Positions 44,590 to 57,215 are shown, numbered from the stretch's first letter. The stretch is DNA of 64,000 nucleotides from the human T2T-CHM13v2.0 reference genome, Homo sapiens (GCF_009914755.1 NC_060942.1); one strand, 5' to 3'. Numbers and translations are program-made. The notes: a model not told the origin generated them from the letters alone.

Positions 44590-45760
44590 CTTAAAAATGT
44601 GGTGTATAATATAAATGTGTATGACGTTTACACACAGCTAATGAATTCACTAGCATAAAGCTAATGAATTTTTACATATGCATATACCCCTGCAACCACA
44701 CTAGATGAAGACAGATCATTTCCCTCTCCCCCAAGGGCTCTCTTGCCCCTTCCCACCCACTACCATCCTGAGTGACCATGGATCTAACTTCTATCATCAT
44801 CGGTTAGCTTCTCCTGTTTTGGAACATCACACAAATAAAACCATATGTTACTATTCTTTTGAGCCTGAATTCTGTCATTCAAATAAGTTTTTGTGGCATT
44901 TATCCATGTTGTGTGTGCCAGCAGTTTCATGGGTTTAAAAAAATTTTATTTTATTTTAATTTCCGGGGTCCATGTGCAGGACGTGCAGGTTTGTTACATA
45001 GGTAAATGTGTGCCATGATGGTTTGCTCCACCCATCAACCCATCACCTAGGTATTAAGCCCGGCATGCATTAGCTATTTAACCTGATGCTCTTCCCACCA
45101 CCGCCACCCGCTCTCCCCTGACAGGCCCCAGTGTGTGTGTTGTTCCCCTCCCTGTGTCCATGTGTTCTCATTGTTCAGCTCCCACGTATAAGTGAGAACA
45201 TGAGGTGTTTGGTTTTCTGTTCCCGTGTTAGTTTGCTGAGGATAGTGGCAAATTTACAAGAAAAAAATAAATAATCCAATTAAAAAGTGGGCAAAGGACA
45301 CGAGCAGACACTTCTCAAAAGAAAACACATGTGGCCAACAAACATATTTTAAAAAGCTCAATATCACTGCTCATTAGTTTCACGGTTTTTAAACTACTCT
45401 GTAATCTTCCATTACACGGGTGTACCAAAATTTATTTATCTTTTTTCCCTGATGGACATTCGGGTTATTTCCAGTTTTTTTCTCTTGCGTTTGAGCAAGC
45501 CAGCATGAAGCTCCTCGTGGGTGCCATTTGTTGGACATCTGCCCTCAGTCCTCTTGTGCCCTCGCAGGAGGAGAATTGCTGGGATGCAGGTTCTACTGAC
45601 TCCTTACCCTGGTGAATGTTTACAATTGTCACTGTTTCCAACCTCAGCCATTCTAGTGGGTGTGCTATTTCGTGAGTTCAGTGCAAACCGAGCGAGTACC
45701 TCTTCCCATGCTTGTTGGCTACTTAAGTATCTTCTTCCGTAAGGGACCTTTTCAAGGAAT
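44590..45760 (-). mobile_element. Old L1ME-like host fragment
   Basis: gatggacattcgggttatttccagttt, cagccattctagtgggtgtg. Confidence 0.65.
44941..45377 (-). mobile_element. L1PA (~PA8-11) with twin-priming 5' inversion (45249-45377 in opposite orientation)
   Basis: Reverse 3'UTR 44941-45249 fused to + strand ORF2 text aaatttacaagaaaaaaa...atcactgctcattag; TSD agtttca(t/c)gg(g/t)ttt...aaa. Confidence 0.88.
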
Positions 45761-47796
45761 TCGCCCTTTTCTTATGGAGCACGTTCCGGTAAGGAAAGCC
45801 ACATTGCTATGTTCTCTACAAACGACCCCTCACCAGCGGGACAGGGAGATGCAGAGGCACACAATCCTGCCTCCGTCAGTGTTTGATGAAAAAGCGGAGC
45901 CTCTGAAAGCAGCCTGGGACCAGGGATTTATGATGGGCCGCTGTGGCTGGTGAGAAGCCGTGGGAGGCCATGGCTCTGGGACTGGCAGGCCCGCAGGCAG
46001 AGTGAGGACAAACCACACTCACGGGGACACCTGGAGCCCTTGAGGACAGGGCAGCCTGGGCCGTCTCACACTCCTTCAACCTCAGGGATACTGGTGACCT
46101 GAGGACGAGGAGGGTGCCCTTCTCCACAGGTGCCCTTCTCACATTCCTCACCCGGGACTGGGGATGCTTCGGGGGGAGGCCCAGTGGGGACAAGGGGACC
46201 TCAGGTAAAGGAGGTGTGAGGGCTTCACAGCACCTGGAACCCCACAAGACGCTGCAAACGGCGACTTGCCTTCCTCCTTCCAAATCTCACACAACTTTCT
46301 CTGCGGCCAACTGGACCTGGAACCTTGCAGGGAAGGAATTCTGGGAAGCATGGGACCCGCACGGCTCAGCTGACACAGTATAAACTCACCAGAGCTTGTC
46401 CTTGCTTGTAAGGCAGTGAAAAGGACTGAAGGAAGCTAATATTTATTGAAAAGTAAATAAACATTTATTTATTTACCTTTTGGGCCGGGTACCTTGCTCA
46501 ACACTTAACTTGCTGGCAGTTTATACCCCAGTAGACAGCTGACTGAACCATGTGTCAGAGAGAAATGGAGAATTCAGAAGGGAGGCCTCAGAGGCCACCT
46601 CAAACCAGCAGCCATCACTGCAGCCTCAGAGACCCAGAGCTCAGGGAAGACTCAGCTACCCTGGGATGCTCTGTGGGGTGCAGGGGACTTGGGGGCCACC
46701 TTGGCAACAGGACAGATAGAGCTGTGGCTGTACAGACTGAGATGCGGGAGGTGTGCGCAGGGCTGGGGAAACTTTAGGTACTGTAATATTTGTAAGAGAT
46801 CTGACAGTACATGTATCACAGCTCAGGAAACGCTTCATCATTTTTCAGCGATGTAATGTGTAGATACCACACACAAATATGTCTGGATGGATTGTCTTTG
46901 AGGTCACACATTTCTTTCTTTCTTGCTGTGTTTTCCCTTTGTCTTCACTCCCTGGCCCCTAAGGAGAGAGCAGGTGCTGTGGCTTTTGCCCAAGGAGAGA
47001 GCTCTGCAGCCAGGCTGAGAGCAGAAGTTGCCTGCAGAACACTTCTCTTTCCATCCTGTGTGATTTTCAACCTGATCCCAAAGGAAGTGAATGAGGTTGG
47101 TGGGTCCTGGAGCAGCGGGGTCCACAGGATCCCAGGGAGGGGATGGGTATGCAGATGGGGACTTGGCCAGTGTCACAGAAGACCCCATGAAGTAGTAACT
47201 ATTACTTCCAGTGTACAGATAGACGCTGAGGTGTGGCGATGCTGCGTGTTGGGGCGAAACGCGCAGGAGAAGTCGTCCAGGCTCAGGGACAGAGCCCTTG
47301 CTCCGGGGCTGCTCATCGTAGATTCTGGTCCTGAGAATCTAGAGCGGGGCTCCCACTTCTCCAGGACCAGAATTACCCACATGAAGCTTCTCTTTCTCAT
47401 TTCCTTCTATTTCTCATTTAAATTAAAGAGTACAAGGCATAGGATGAATCATATTGGATAAATTTCATTTAAATGTTATGCATGAGATCCAAGAAACAAA
47501 ATTGTGTTCTCAAATTCACATTCAACTTGAGGTCACTTGGCCCTCAAATTCCCTTTTTTTCAACATTCGTTCATGTTTCCCTTTTCTATTTATGTCTCCT
47601 TAGATGACTGACTAGCAAACTTCTATGGACTAAGTATGGCCAGGGTATAATTGACATGAGACAGGCTGCAAGGATTGACAGTGAAAAATAATCTTTTTCA
47701 CCTCTCACTCTTTGAAACCAATTTCAGTTGATTTCCACCCAATTTTAGTAATATTTATCTCAATATTGTTTACTCATCTATCCCAATACTAAGGTA

Positions 47797-47915
47797 CCAT
47801 TCATTCCAAAAAACCCTTTGAGCCCCTTGTGTCAGGCACTATTCTGTGTACTGGGGTCCAAGTTCTCCACCAACGGAGCAAAACAAAGTCTCCGCTCTGC
47901 TGCGCTTCAGTCTGG
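47797..47915 (-). mobile_element. L2 3' end
   Basis: cattcattc...tgagcccc...tgtgtcaggcactattct. Confidence 0.7.
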
Positions 47916-48112
47916 GCCCTTGGAATGAGCGAATGGTCAGGATGAAGCCGATGTAGAATCATGTTGCATTTTACAGAGAGCAAACTTACATCTAAGTACC
48001 TCGAACTCTTAGCATTGCTATAGGGAGAGTGTGTGTGTCTGGAAGGGTGTGGGAGGGAATAGCTGAAGTGGAAAACAAATACAGGGAGGACTGAGTAGGA
48101 AACACAGGGACA

Positions 48113-48555
<443 letters not shown>

Positions 48556-49029
48556 TTATGATTTTAAAATTCAGCCCTCAATTTAAGGCGGTTAAGTTAG
48601 ACACAGAGAAATTATGTGCAAGTGAAATAGAAGGCATTGCTTTGTGGTTTTGGAAAAACTTTTCTTCTTCATTGTCCATGGGGCGTTTAGATGGAAAAAG
48701 TCATTTCTTTTTCTACCTAAAGAGGGCAAGAGCACAGTTTCTCCAACCCCAAAGCATGTGAGTTTTGCATTTGTGGACATTAAATATAAACTAAGTATAT
48801 GCTTGTCAGATTAGGATAACCTGTGTGAAGCACTTATCAGCTTATTGCTCATTTAAAAAAGTTTACCCAGGCAGCCAGGTTCAAAGTTCCCCTGCTACAA
48901 GCTTCTCAGTTAGACCAGGACCTGGGCATTCCCAGCTGGAGCGGGCTCATTGCCGGGCACAGGGCAGATGCTGGCTGGTTTGCGGGCTGAGCTGAAGAAC
49001 TGTCAGCGCTGCTGTAGGTAGGTGGCAGT

Positions 49030-49250
49030 ATGGCATGCTGGTTCAGCTCCCAGCTTTCTATGCAGCTAGTTAGGGATGTAAAACCATCTCTTTGTGGTCT
49101 GAGGACAAATTACTAAATCCTTCTAGCCTCAACTTCGTCATGTGTAAAATGGAGAAGTAATAGCTCCCAGTTATTGTGAGGACTCAATCAGACAATCCAT
49201 GTAAAGCGCTTAGCACAGAAGCGCTCCATGAATGGTAGTTATTATTACAT
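49030..49250 (+). mobile_element. MIR
   Basis: gcctcaacttcgtcatgtgtaaaatggag...gtaaagcgcttagcacag. Confidence 0.75.
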
Positions 49251-49839
49251 CACATATGAGCACTGATCAAAGGCTAGCGGCAATTACCACCATAGCTGAG
49301 AGCTGAGGGCTTAAGGGAAACTGAATTCAGCCAACATTTCACTAACTAAAAAGTCACTGACAAATTAGACAAAACGTAGGTTTCAAAAGATTCATTTCTC
49401 TGACATTACGGAAATATGAACTGGACAACTTTTTGGGGGGTGTGTGGGGACAGTTGAAAATGTTCACTCCTTTAATCAGCTGCATCTATCTTAAACCCAG
49501 CCTGAAACCCCTGCTTAGTGTAGTATTTTGATATGTCTGCAGGGGGGTTAATTTTGGCAGAGGCGAACTAATTTTGGTGACTGCAATAAAATTGGGTTAA
49601 AATGCTCATATGCTCTGGCAGTAACCAATCCCCCATCAAACATGGTAGGGGTGGCTGGAGGCAATGCGTGTACTTCTGAACAAAGTCTGCACTCAGGTGG
49701 AGGTCAAGTCCGAAATGGTCTTCACAGGAGGTGTAGGTCCTTCAAGGAGAAAGGGTCACAGCGCGAAGAATCCATCTGACCTTCTAGGCAGGAGCCATTT
49801 CCTTTAAAGAGGGCAGGATACTAAGGGGGCGACCAGGTG

Positions 49840-51760
49840 GGGTCCGGGGGCGCCTCAAGCTCCTCAAGGCTCGCCGAGCACTGCTCCGTCCTACTAAGTG
49901 TCCTGCCGCCCGACTGCACGTCTCTAGGCGGCTGCCCGAGGTCCCGCGGCCCGTGGTGCACACGCAGCCCGCGAGGTACTCTGTGCTGGAACGCGCCCCC
50001 AGCCTCCCGAAACCGCCCCCGGCCTGCGGGCAGCGAGCCGGCTCCTCCGGGCGCCCCTGCAGCGTACTCTGCGCTCGGCTTGGAGTTCCCCGTGCGGCCG
50101 GCGGTGGGCGCGCGCCACGCGGGCCCGAGCCCTGGGCGGGAGTGCGGCCCCGGGTCCCGCGGCCTCGGCGCCCGCGCGCCTCCCCCACTGCCCACCCCCG
50201 GCCTCCGGGCCCGCCCCCCGCAGGGGTCGGCGCAGCCTGTGAGCCGGGGACCCCTGAGCCCCCGCCACGGCGGCCCCGGTACCCGCGGCCTGGCCGCGCG
50301 CCGGGTCCCCACCGCGGAGTGGGAAGGAGGAGGAGAGACTGGAGGAGTTGGAGACAGACACAGCCGCGGCGCGCAGTCACGGCTGGAGACAGACGGCGGC
50401 GACGGCGGCGGGAGGCGGGACACTCCCCCCCTCCGGCGACTGGAGGCGGGACACCTCCCCGGCGGCCGCAGCGCCGCGTCCCCTCTCTCCCCGCGCTGAG
50501 GCTGCGGACCGGGCCCGGCGGGATTAGCAGGCGAGTGCGTTGGCCCTGCCCGCTCCGCGCGCCGCCGCGGCCGGCCGGGGATCCCCTGCAAGCCACTGAG
50601 CCGCTGCCGCCGCTGCAGCCAGACAGGCTGCGGGTGCCTGGGAAAGTGGAAGCAGGGCGGGGAGCGCGGGGGAGGCCCGGGGGTGAGGTCCTCAGCTCTT
50701 AAAGAACCCCGGCGCGCCGCGCTCCCCGCCGGCCCGCCGCGCGCCCCCTGCCGCGCCCCGCACAGCGCCCCTCCCCCTGGCCAGCAGGGCCGGTGGCCGC
50801 GGAGCCGCACTGCGGGCAGTCCCCGCCTCCGCTCCGGGGGGGCGGCCCAGGTGAGTGCGGACCCGAGGTGGCCGCAGTGGTCGGGGCTTCTGGCCCAAGT
50901 TCACCGCTGCGCTCCGGAGGGAGGGGTGGCGGGGGACTCGGGAACCGGACGCTTTGGGAACTGGACGTCCGCGAGCCTGCGCCGTCGGCTGGGGCCGGAG
51001 GGAGAAGCTGGGCGCCGAGCGCGCGAGGTCTGTGAGGCTTGGTCCGGGTGGGCTTGCCGGTGGGCACGGCGGGGATCCGGGGCTGGCCCGCGGGCGGGGT
51101 TACGCCGGTGGAGGGACTTCGCCGACCCCCACCCCGTTTTCTGTTTCCTGGTGCCCTGGGGCGCAGGGTGTCCCGCGGTTGCAAGACTGAATTCTGCACC
51201 GCCCGGAGGCCAGGATGGGCGCGCGGATGGCAGCCCCAACTGTCTCCGCGCCCCTAGGCCTCGGCGAGCCGTGGCGGGCAGGGACTGGAGGTCAGCGGGA
51301 AGCGGGAAGATCCTGCAGGACCTGACCGGGGAGTTTGCGGGAAGGAGGGGGCGGGCCAAGCCCCGCAGCCCCTCAGTCCCGCATCCTGCACCGCGCGCTC
51401 CCCGGCCCCGGCCCCTCGGGCCCGCTTCACCCGGCGTCCCCCCGGGTCCCCCCGCGCGCGTTGACGTCGGTCGCGGGACCGCCCGGAGCTCCCGGCATTG
51501 GCTGGGAAGTCGATTGTCTGGGGCTGCTGCTGTTGCACTTAGGCTGGGTCTCCGAGCCCCGGAGGAAGCAGGCGTGTGTTGAATTTCTCTCTGCCCCTCA
51601 CCTTGGAATAAACAGGAAGCGACAAGCACCCAGCCCGGCCCGGCACTTGCCTTTGTGAAGGGGTCTGCCCTGCACAGCCTTTAGGAAGCTTCCTCGGGAC
51701 CCCTTCCCGGTGCGCCGCCCCGGGTGGGCCTGGGGGCGCGCCCTGTGAGTACACCGGTGG
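49840..51760. promoter_or_regulatory. CpG island promoter
   Basis: About 1.9 kb of very high GC with dense CpG against a CpG-depleted background. Contains GC boxes (gggcgggg ~50656), TATA-like tcttaaag 50697-50704, CRE-like tgacgtc 51462-51468 and reverse CCAAT ~51497. Confidence 0.95.
50730..50850 (+). other. Probable non-coding first exon of an unidentified gene (5' boundary approximate)
   Basis: Perfect donor CAG|GTGAGT at 50850/50851 inside the CpG island; no ATG in the exon; TATA-like element about 30 bp upstream of the inferred start. Confidence 0.65.
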
Positions 51761-52499
51761 AAGACAGTGGGTTCGGTTTAGGTTAAATCGCTATCGTGGC
51801 GGAGAGGGCATTTGCTTGTTTAAACTTTTTTTTTTTTTTTTTTTAATTGGAAAAGGAGAAGGTTTCCCGATGAGGCAGAGGTTTTCAGGACGACAGGGAC
51901 GCATGGTGGGTGGGCGGCACTGGGGGAAGGCGCATCCGAGAGTACAGCGTTCTTGGGTCACCTACCTGGAGGGACACCTCGTCGCCAGTCAGGGCAGCTA
52001 GAAGCTCTTTAAAGCAAGCAGGACTCCTTAGCTCTGCCCAGGCACAGGAATGGTTGCTGTGTGCCCATAGCCGCATGAACTAGCATGATTTTTGTTTTTC
52101 CCCCAAAATTTTTTAATTAGCTAGAATTAGATAATTTTGATTTGCTTCTTTTCTTTTCCTCTGTGTCTTGGTCTATTCCCTTCTCTTTTTCTCTTTTCTA
52201 ATTATTTTGGCATCTTCTCATCCCCGGACCAGCGCTGCTTTCTAAATGTTAATTACCATTGCAATACATATTTATTGAGGGCCTACTATGTGTTAGGCAT
52301 TGTAGGATGTGAGGTAAGAGTAGCTGCACAGAATGTGGGTTCTGAGCGCTAGTATTAGTAAGTTATTTGCAGTAGAGGTGGATAGAGATGGTGAGCAGCA
52401 TTGACTCTCAAAAATAGGGTCCTATGGCTGGTAAGGAGGTTGGTGCCTTCTCGAAGGGCTAGTGCTGGGAAGCTTCCTTTTAAAAACGGCCCTTTCTGC

Positions 52500-52643
52500 C
52501 GGTTTGGCTAGCCAAGAATGGCATCCTCCTCTCTGTATCTTCCCTGGAGCTTCAGGACTGAGTATTGAATGACAGAGAAGGTTCTGCAAAGTCTGCACAG
52601 GGAGACTGCCATTGCATCAAGTCATGTCTGCATTCTGTATATG
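52500..52643 (+). other. Candidate alternative first exon
   Basis: Repeat-free segment after a TATA-like ttttaaaa (~52478) and near-MEF2 tcaaaaatag (~52408), ending ATG|GTATTG. Donor is moderate only. Confidence 0.3.
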
Positions 52644-55600
52644 GTATTGTCTTTTCTAGTCTTTAACTCGAGTGTGTTGTCATCTGTAACTCTCCCTTTG
52701 TACTCTGCACAATTCTTCTGGAATATAGTCTTTGTGTTCAGTCAAGGATCAGAGTGTCAAATCTGAGTCATTACATAGACAAATGAGGATGTCTGAGTAT
52801 TACCCATGTATATTTATTGAATTATATTTGGTTTCCCATCAACCCTTGAAATGTTATTTGATGGACCTTTCTAAGCAGTGCTTTTTAAAACAGGGGGCTA
52901 ACTTCCTTATGATCTTTGAAAGCTTAATTCTTTTTAAGAGCTTCATTTTGCTATTGACATTGAACACAGTGTTAGGAATTAGGGCTGGGAATGTAAATGC
53001 CAGTAAGGGATTTGCTGTAATGGAATTGTAGCTACCTTCCTCCCTTGTTTTAAATGACCTCTCTAATTTCTTAACATTCTGCTGTTACCCTTGGAAGGGC
53101 TTGCCATTGTTGGCCATGGTCCTGGTTCGTGTAGGTTTGTATTTACATTGGAGAAGACTCTTCCCGGCAGGTTTTTAGGGCTGTCTCTTGAATCCTCTCA
53201 TGGGCTTGGTTTGCAAGACCACAATCCTGCAGTGGAACGCAGCCAGTGCCAGCTGCTTATTAAGGGATTTTGTGCCAATTTGTTGGCACATTATTTGAGA
53301 CTCCTGCACCCCACCCTACTCCCACTGGAGTATATACATACATAGACAAATATTTATTTTCCCCCAACTGCTGACAGTGTTCTAAGAATAGTTTTCTTGC
53401 CTGGCACGCGGAGAGCAAGGGCCCGTCTGCAGAGGTGTTTACAGTTTGGGACTGTGCTGTAGTCTTGGTTGACTTAGCAGCCTGGCAGACCAGCCTCATA
53501 GCTCCTGGGACGCTCTCTGTTTTTGCTCTGGGCTGCTGCAGGGGTAACCTCCCTGACTGATAGGGAAGCACAGTCAGAGGAGAGTGACTTTTGCTCCTTG
53601 TGCATGGTTTCTGGCAGGCAGTCCAGCAGAGATCCCTGAGCTCCTGACGTCTCTGCATGTAGCCAGCATAAAGTCTCCTTGTGGTGGGTGGGAGGTGACT
53701 GCTCTACGTCATCACGTAAAACCAAAGCCACCTCAGGGCCCTGGGCAGGAATTCTTGAAATTGTAGACTGCTCTGATCTTTCTGGTAGTCCTTGCCATGT
53801 TTCTTCTCATCTTTCTTTGGAATCTGGGCTTATCCAGTCTCTATGATGTGTCCTTCTTCCTGTGTAAGAGTTAGTAGAGAAGGAAAAATGTTATCCCTCA
53901 AGAAGTGATAAAACATTGTAAAAGAAGAGCGCACCATATTAACCTGGAAAAATTTTTGGAAATAGTTAACAGAATGTATAGCGGCACATGGTTATTAAAT
54001 ATGAATAGCGGCAAAATTGCTATGTAGTCCAAAATTATTCTTTTCTTTCTTCCTTCCTCTCTGTCTCCTTCCCTCTCTCCCTCTGTTCCTTCCTTTTTTT
54101 AGGTCTCAGAAAAAAATCTCCTGGAAGCCATTATTTTCTGATGTCAAAGAGACTTTCTGCCTATATGAACTGTGTTAGTTTAGAATTACATCTTGACCTA
54201 TATTACGGGTGTACATGGAAGATGAGTCTTAAGTTTCAAAATAGGAATGCAAAGGTTCTGTCTACTATTTGAAAATTTAGGCCACAAGACCTGCCACTTT
54301 TTAGGGACATTTTTTGGGGGGCATTGTTTGCTTCATTGTTAGGCAGAGAAAGGACTGAAGCTAGTACCTGTACTATTAATTATGCTGAAAATATTGGGTT
54401 TGAATTTTCAGTTAATGTCATTTTTTTCCATCACAGGAGGAATTGAAAATGATGTCTGTATTGTCACATATCCATGTGATTTAAGAATGGATTGCTTTTC
54501 TTTTGAGTTCTCACTAAAAATGGTACTTTGGCCTTTTAAGCTGTTTTTGTGAAGACTTTTCTTTCCACCAAGCTTGTTTTCCAGATAGGTCTTGGAGATT
54601 ACAAAGAACATAGATATAATTTCTCCCTTGATTGGCAGCTGCGAGCTTTCCCGGACAAAAATAATGCTGCACTGTGCCAAATGGTTGACTTTTCTAGAAT
54701 AAAAACTCTAAAGGGTATGCAAAAAGTCCTCTGGTTAATATATTGGCATTCCCAGAACCCACTAACACTCCGGCAGCCTGCCAGACTCCACTTAACGAGG
54801 ACACAGAATGTCTGGCTCAATCCCCATGAGCAGACGGGGGTGGGGTCTGGATGTCCACACCCTTTATTAATTTTTAATGACTGTACTTTTGTTTTGCAGA
54901 TTTTCCTCTGTACCCCCTTCTCAACCGTCTCCTACAACGTCACTCCCCCCATCCATTTATTTACTCATTTACTTGGCATCGGAAAAATGTCGAGCTGTTC
55001 AGGGTTAAGGATCCTGCTGAGGGATCATTTCTGTTTGCATGGGTTCTTTTGTTGTTGGTTTTTTTTTCTTTTTCTTCCTTTTTTTTTTGGAAGAGGAAGA
55101 GAGAAAAGGAACAGAAAAGATGACAACTATTTTTTTTTAAGGATGCTTTATTGTCTGCTGGAAAAAGAGAAGCATTTACGAAACTTTAAGTTTGTCAGAC
55201 AGTTTATGTGACAGTGCAAGTTGGTGCTTGCCAAGCTCCAGACAGATTGTTAATGTTACATGACAGGGATAAATAAATTACCGCTGTCTGCAACACGCTT
55301 GCACTGCAAACGCACTCTGCAGCCGGCGGCCGGCTGGGCGCCGCTCATGGGCCTGGTGTGCATGCAGCTGCGCAGAGGGCCTCTGCCTGCCGCCTAGAAT
55401 TCTGTGCCTCGGTTCGGAAATGAAAAGGGTGTGCCTTGCTTTTATTTTTGGCTCTACTGCAGGGCAGTAGAATCCAAGGAGCAACTCTGTGTCCTTTATT
55501 TTGCTAGGCTGCTCCGCCTCCTCCCCTGCCCTGGCCCCACCTCTGGTCCACACTCCCGTTCTTCCTCTGAGCAGGGAAATCAGGCACCTAGCTTCTTCCC

Positions 55601-56439
55601 AGGAGACCTCAACTTTGTTCTTAGCTGCCCAGGGCCTAAAGTATCTCAAAGCCAAGTTTCAAGCTGTTTACAGTTGTGTTCTTTCTGCAGGTGCAGACAC
55701 TGAGAACAAATTGTCTACGATAGATAAGGCTGTACTGGCCTGGGAGGGCCTGGGTGGCACTCCTTGGGCATAATGTACTTTCATCTGGGCAATTTGGAAG
55801 CTCAGCTGGCAGAGTGACAGGTGTAATGAACTTAATGGTCTTGCCCTAGTTGTTTGCGGACACACAGCTCATGTTACAAAGCCACCTCATACCAGGGGCC
55901 CCTGCCAAATGATTTGCTCTTCTCTTTGTGGATGGGACTTGGGGACTGGACGACTGAGTGGCGTTAAGGTAGGGAAGGGGGTGGGTGTGAGTGATGTGTG
56001 TTTGCCCTCATCTGCTCTGTTCCTAAAAGGACCTAGAGAGTCTCCTGAAAGTAGGCCTTGAGAGAAAGAAATTCTTCCCACTCACACTGGCTAGCCATCC
56101 TCCATGCCAGGTGTCGCGAGGACCCTCTGCAGATGTGCTTCGACTTCCTGCCTCTGGGGTTTGCAGAATGGCAGGCAGGCTTTTTGCCACACTGTGTGGC
56201 TTCCTGGTACACTGCTGGCCTGGCTGCTGGGATTCTTCAGAAGAGGGCTGGGCCGGCAATGCACAGCCAGGCATTGTTCTCGGAGTCCGTGGCCCCAGGG
56301 GCCAGCAACCTGTGCACAGAGCTGCAAGGGAATTTCCATTGGAAAGTCTCTCTGCTTCCGAAGGCAGCCGCTGGAGAGGCTGTAGGAGGCCAGGCTGCTT
56401 TCCGAAGGGCTCCCTGACCTCTAACCAGGGCACGTGGGC

Positions 56440-56680
56440 AGATAATAATAACAGCAGCTCCAAGTGCTTCTGTAGCCTCTCCTGTGTGCCAGGCTCTGTT
56501 CTGAGGGCTGCCATACACTGATTCACTAATCTAATCCTCACAGCGGCCCTGTGACATGGGTCCTCCTGCCATCTGCATGTTACAGAGATGTCAAGACATT
56601 GCCCAGAGTCACCAACTTGTGAATAAAGGGTGGAGCAGCCTGGGCAGTATCGCTCCAGGTTCTGGGATCTGCCTCTGGAG
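56440..56680 (-). mobile_element. MIR
   Basis: tgtgccaggctctgttct...taatcctcacagcggccctgtga...ttgcccagagtcac. Confidence 0.75.
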
Positions 56681-57215
56681 CTAAATGAGGTGGGACCTGG
56701 GTCAGGGATTCTTCATCTGGGACCACTTACTGGCAGGGTGCCATTCTCTTCTTGTCCCCATACAGGTCCCACTGGGACTCTATCCAGCCAGCAAGTTCAG
56801 GGTTTTGTCCTTCTTGCCTCCGTGCTGTAGCCCTCCCTCCCCAACTCCCTCCCCTGTTTTTAATCCTAATCTCTGCTCTCTGCCTGTTTTACCTGTGGCA
56901 AGAGCCTCAGTTATGAGCACTGGACCATGGCAGCTTTGTCTCTGTCCACCTTATCCCTTGAGTTCCTTGAGAGAAAGACAAAGCAACAGTCAGCAGGAGT
57001 GCTGGTATTGCCAGATATTTCTTCTGCACTGGTCCTTAAAACCACTTCCATCAGCCTCCCCATGGCACCTCTGGGTGTAGCCTGGTGGAGTGTGACTGCC
57101 CGGTTCCTGGGAGCAGCTAACTGCCTGGGTCTGGGGGTGTGTGCTGGGAATGCCCCCACCAGCTGTCTCTTCACTCGGAGGGATCCAGTTCATCCCAGGA
57201 CAAAGAGCACTATAG

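Noticed and set aside
46811-47461. 216-aa ORF
   Set aside because: No domain similarity or exon-like structure; composition typical of a chance ORF.
50730-50850. Assigning a gene symbol to the island and first exon
   Set aside because: No coding exon in the window and I do not reliably recognise the 5'UTR. BLAT would settle it.
49784-51658. Long overlapping ORFs (220-329 aa) on both strands of the CpG island
   Set aside because: Low-complexity R/G/P/A translations expected from stop-poor GC-rich DNA. Several use non-ATG starts and none has a recognisable domain.
54549-55211. 220-aa ORF and nearby acceptor-like sites (54102, 54899, 55690)
   Set aside because: GTG start and runs through T-rich low-complexity sequence. 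The acceptors lack convincing paired donors or a coding signal.
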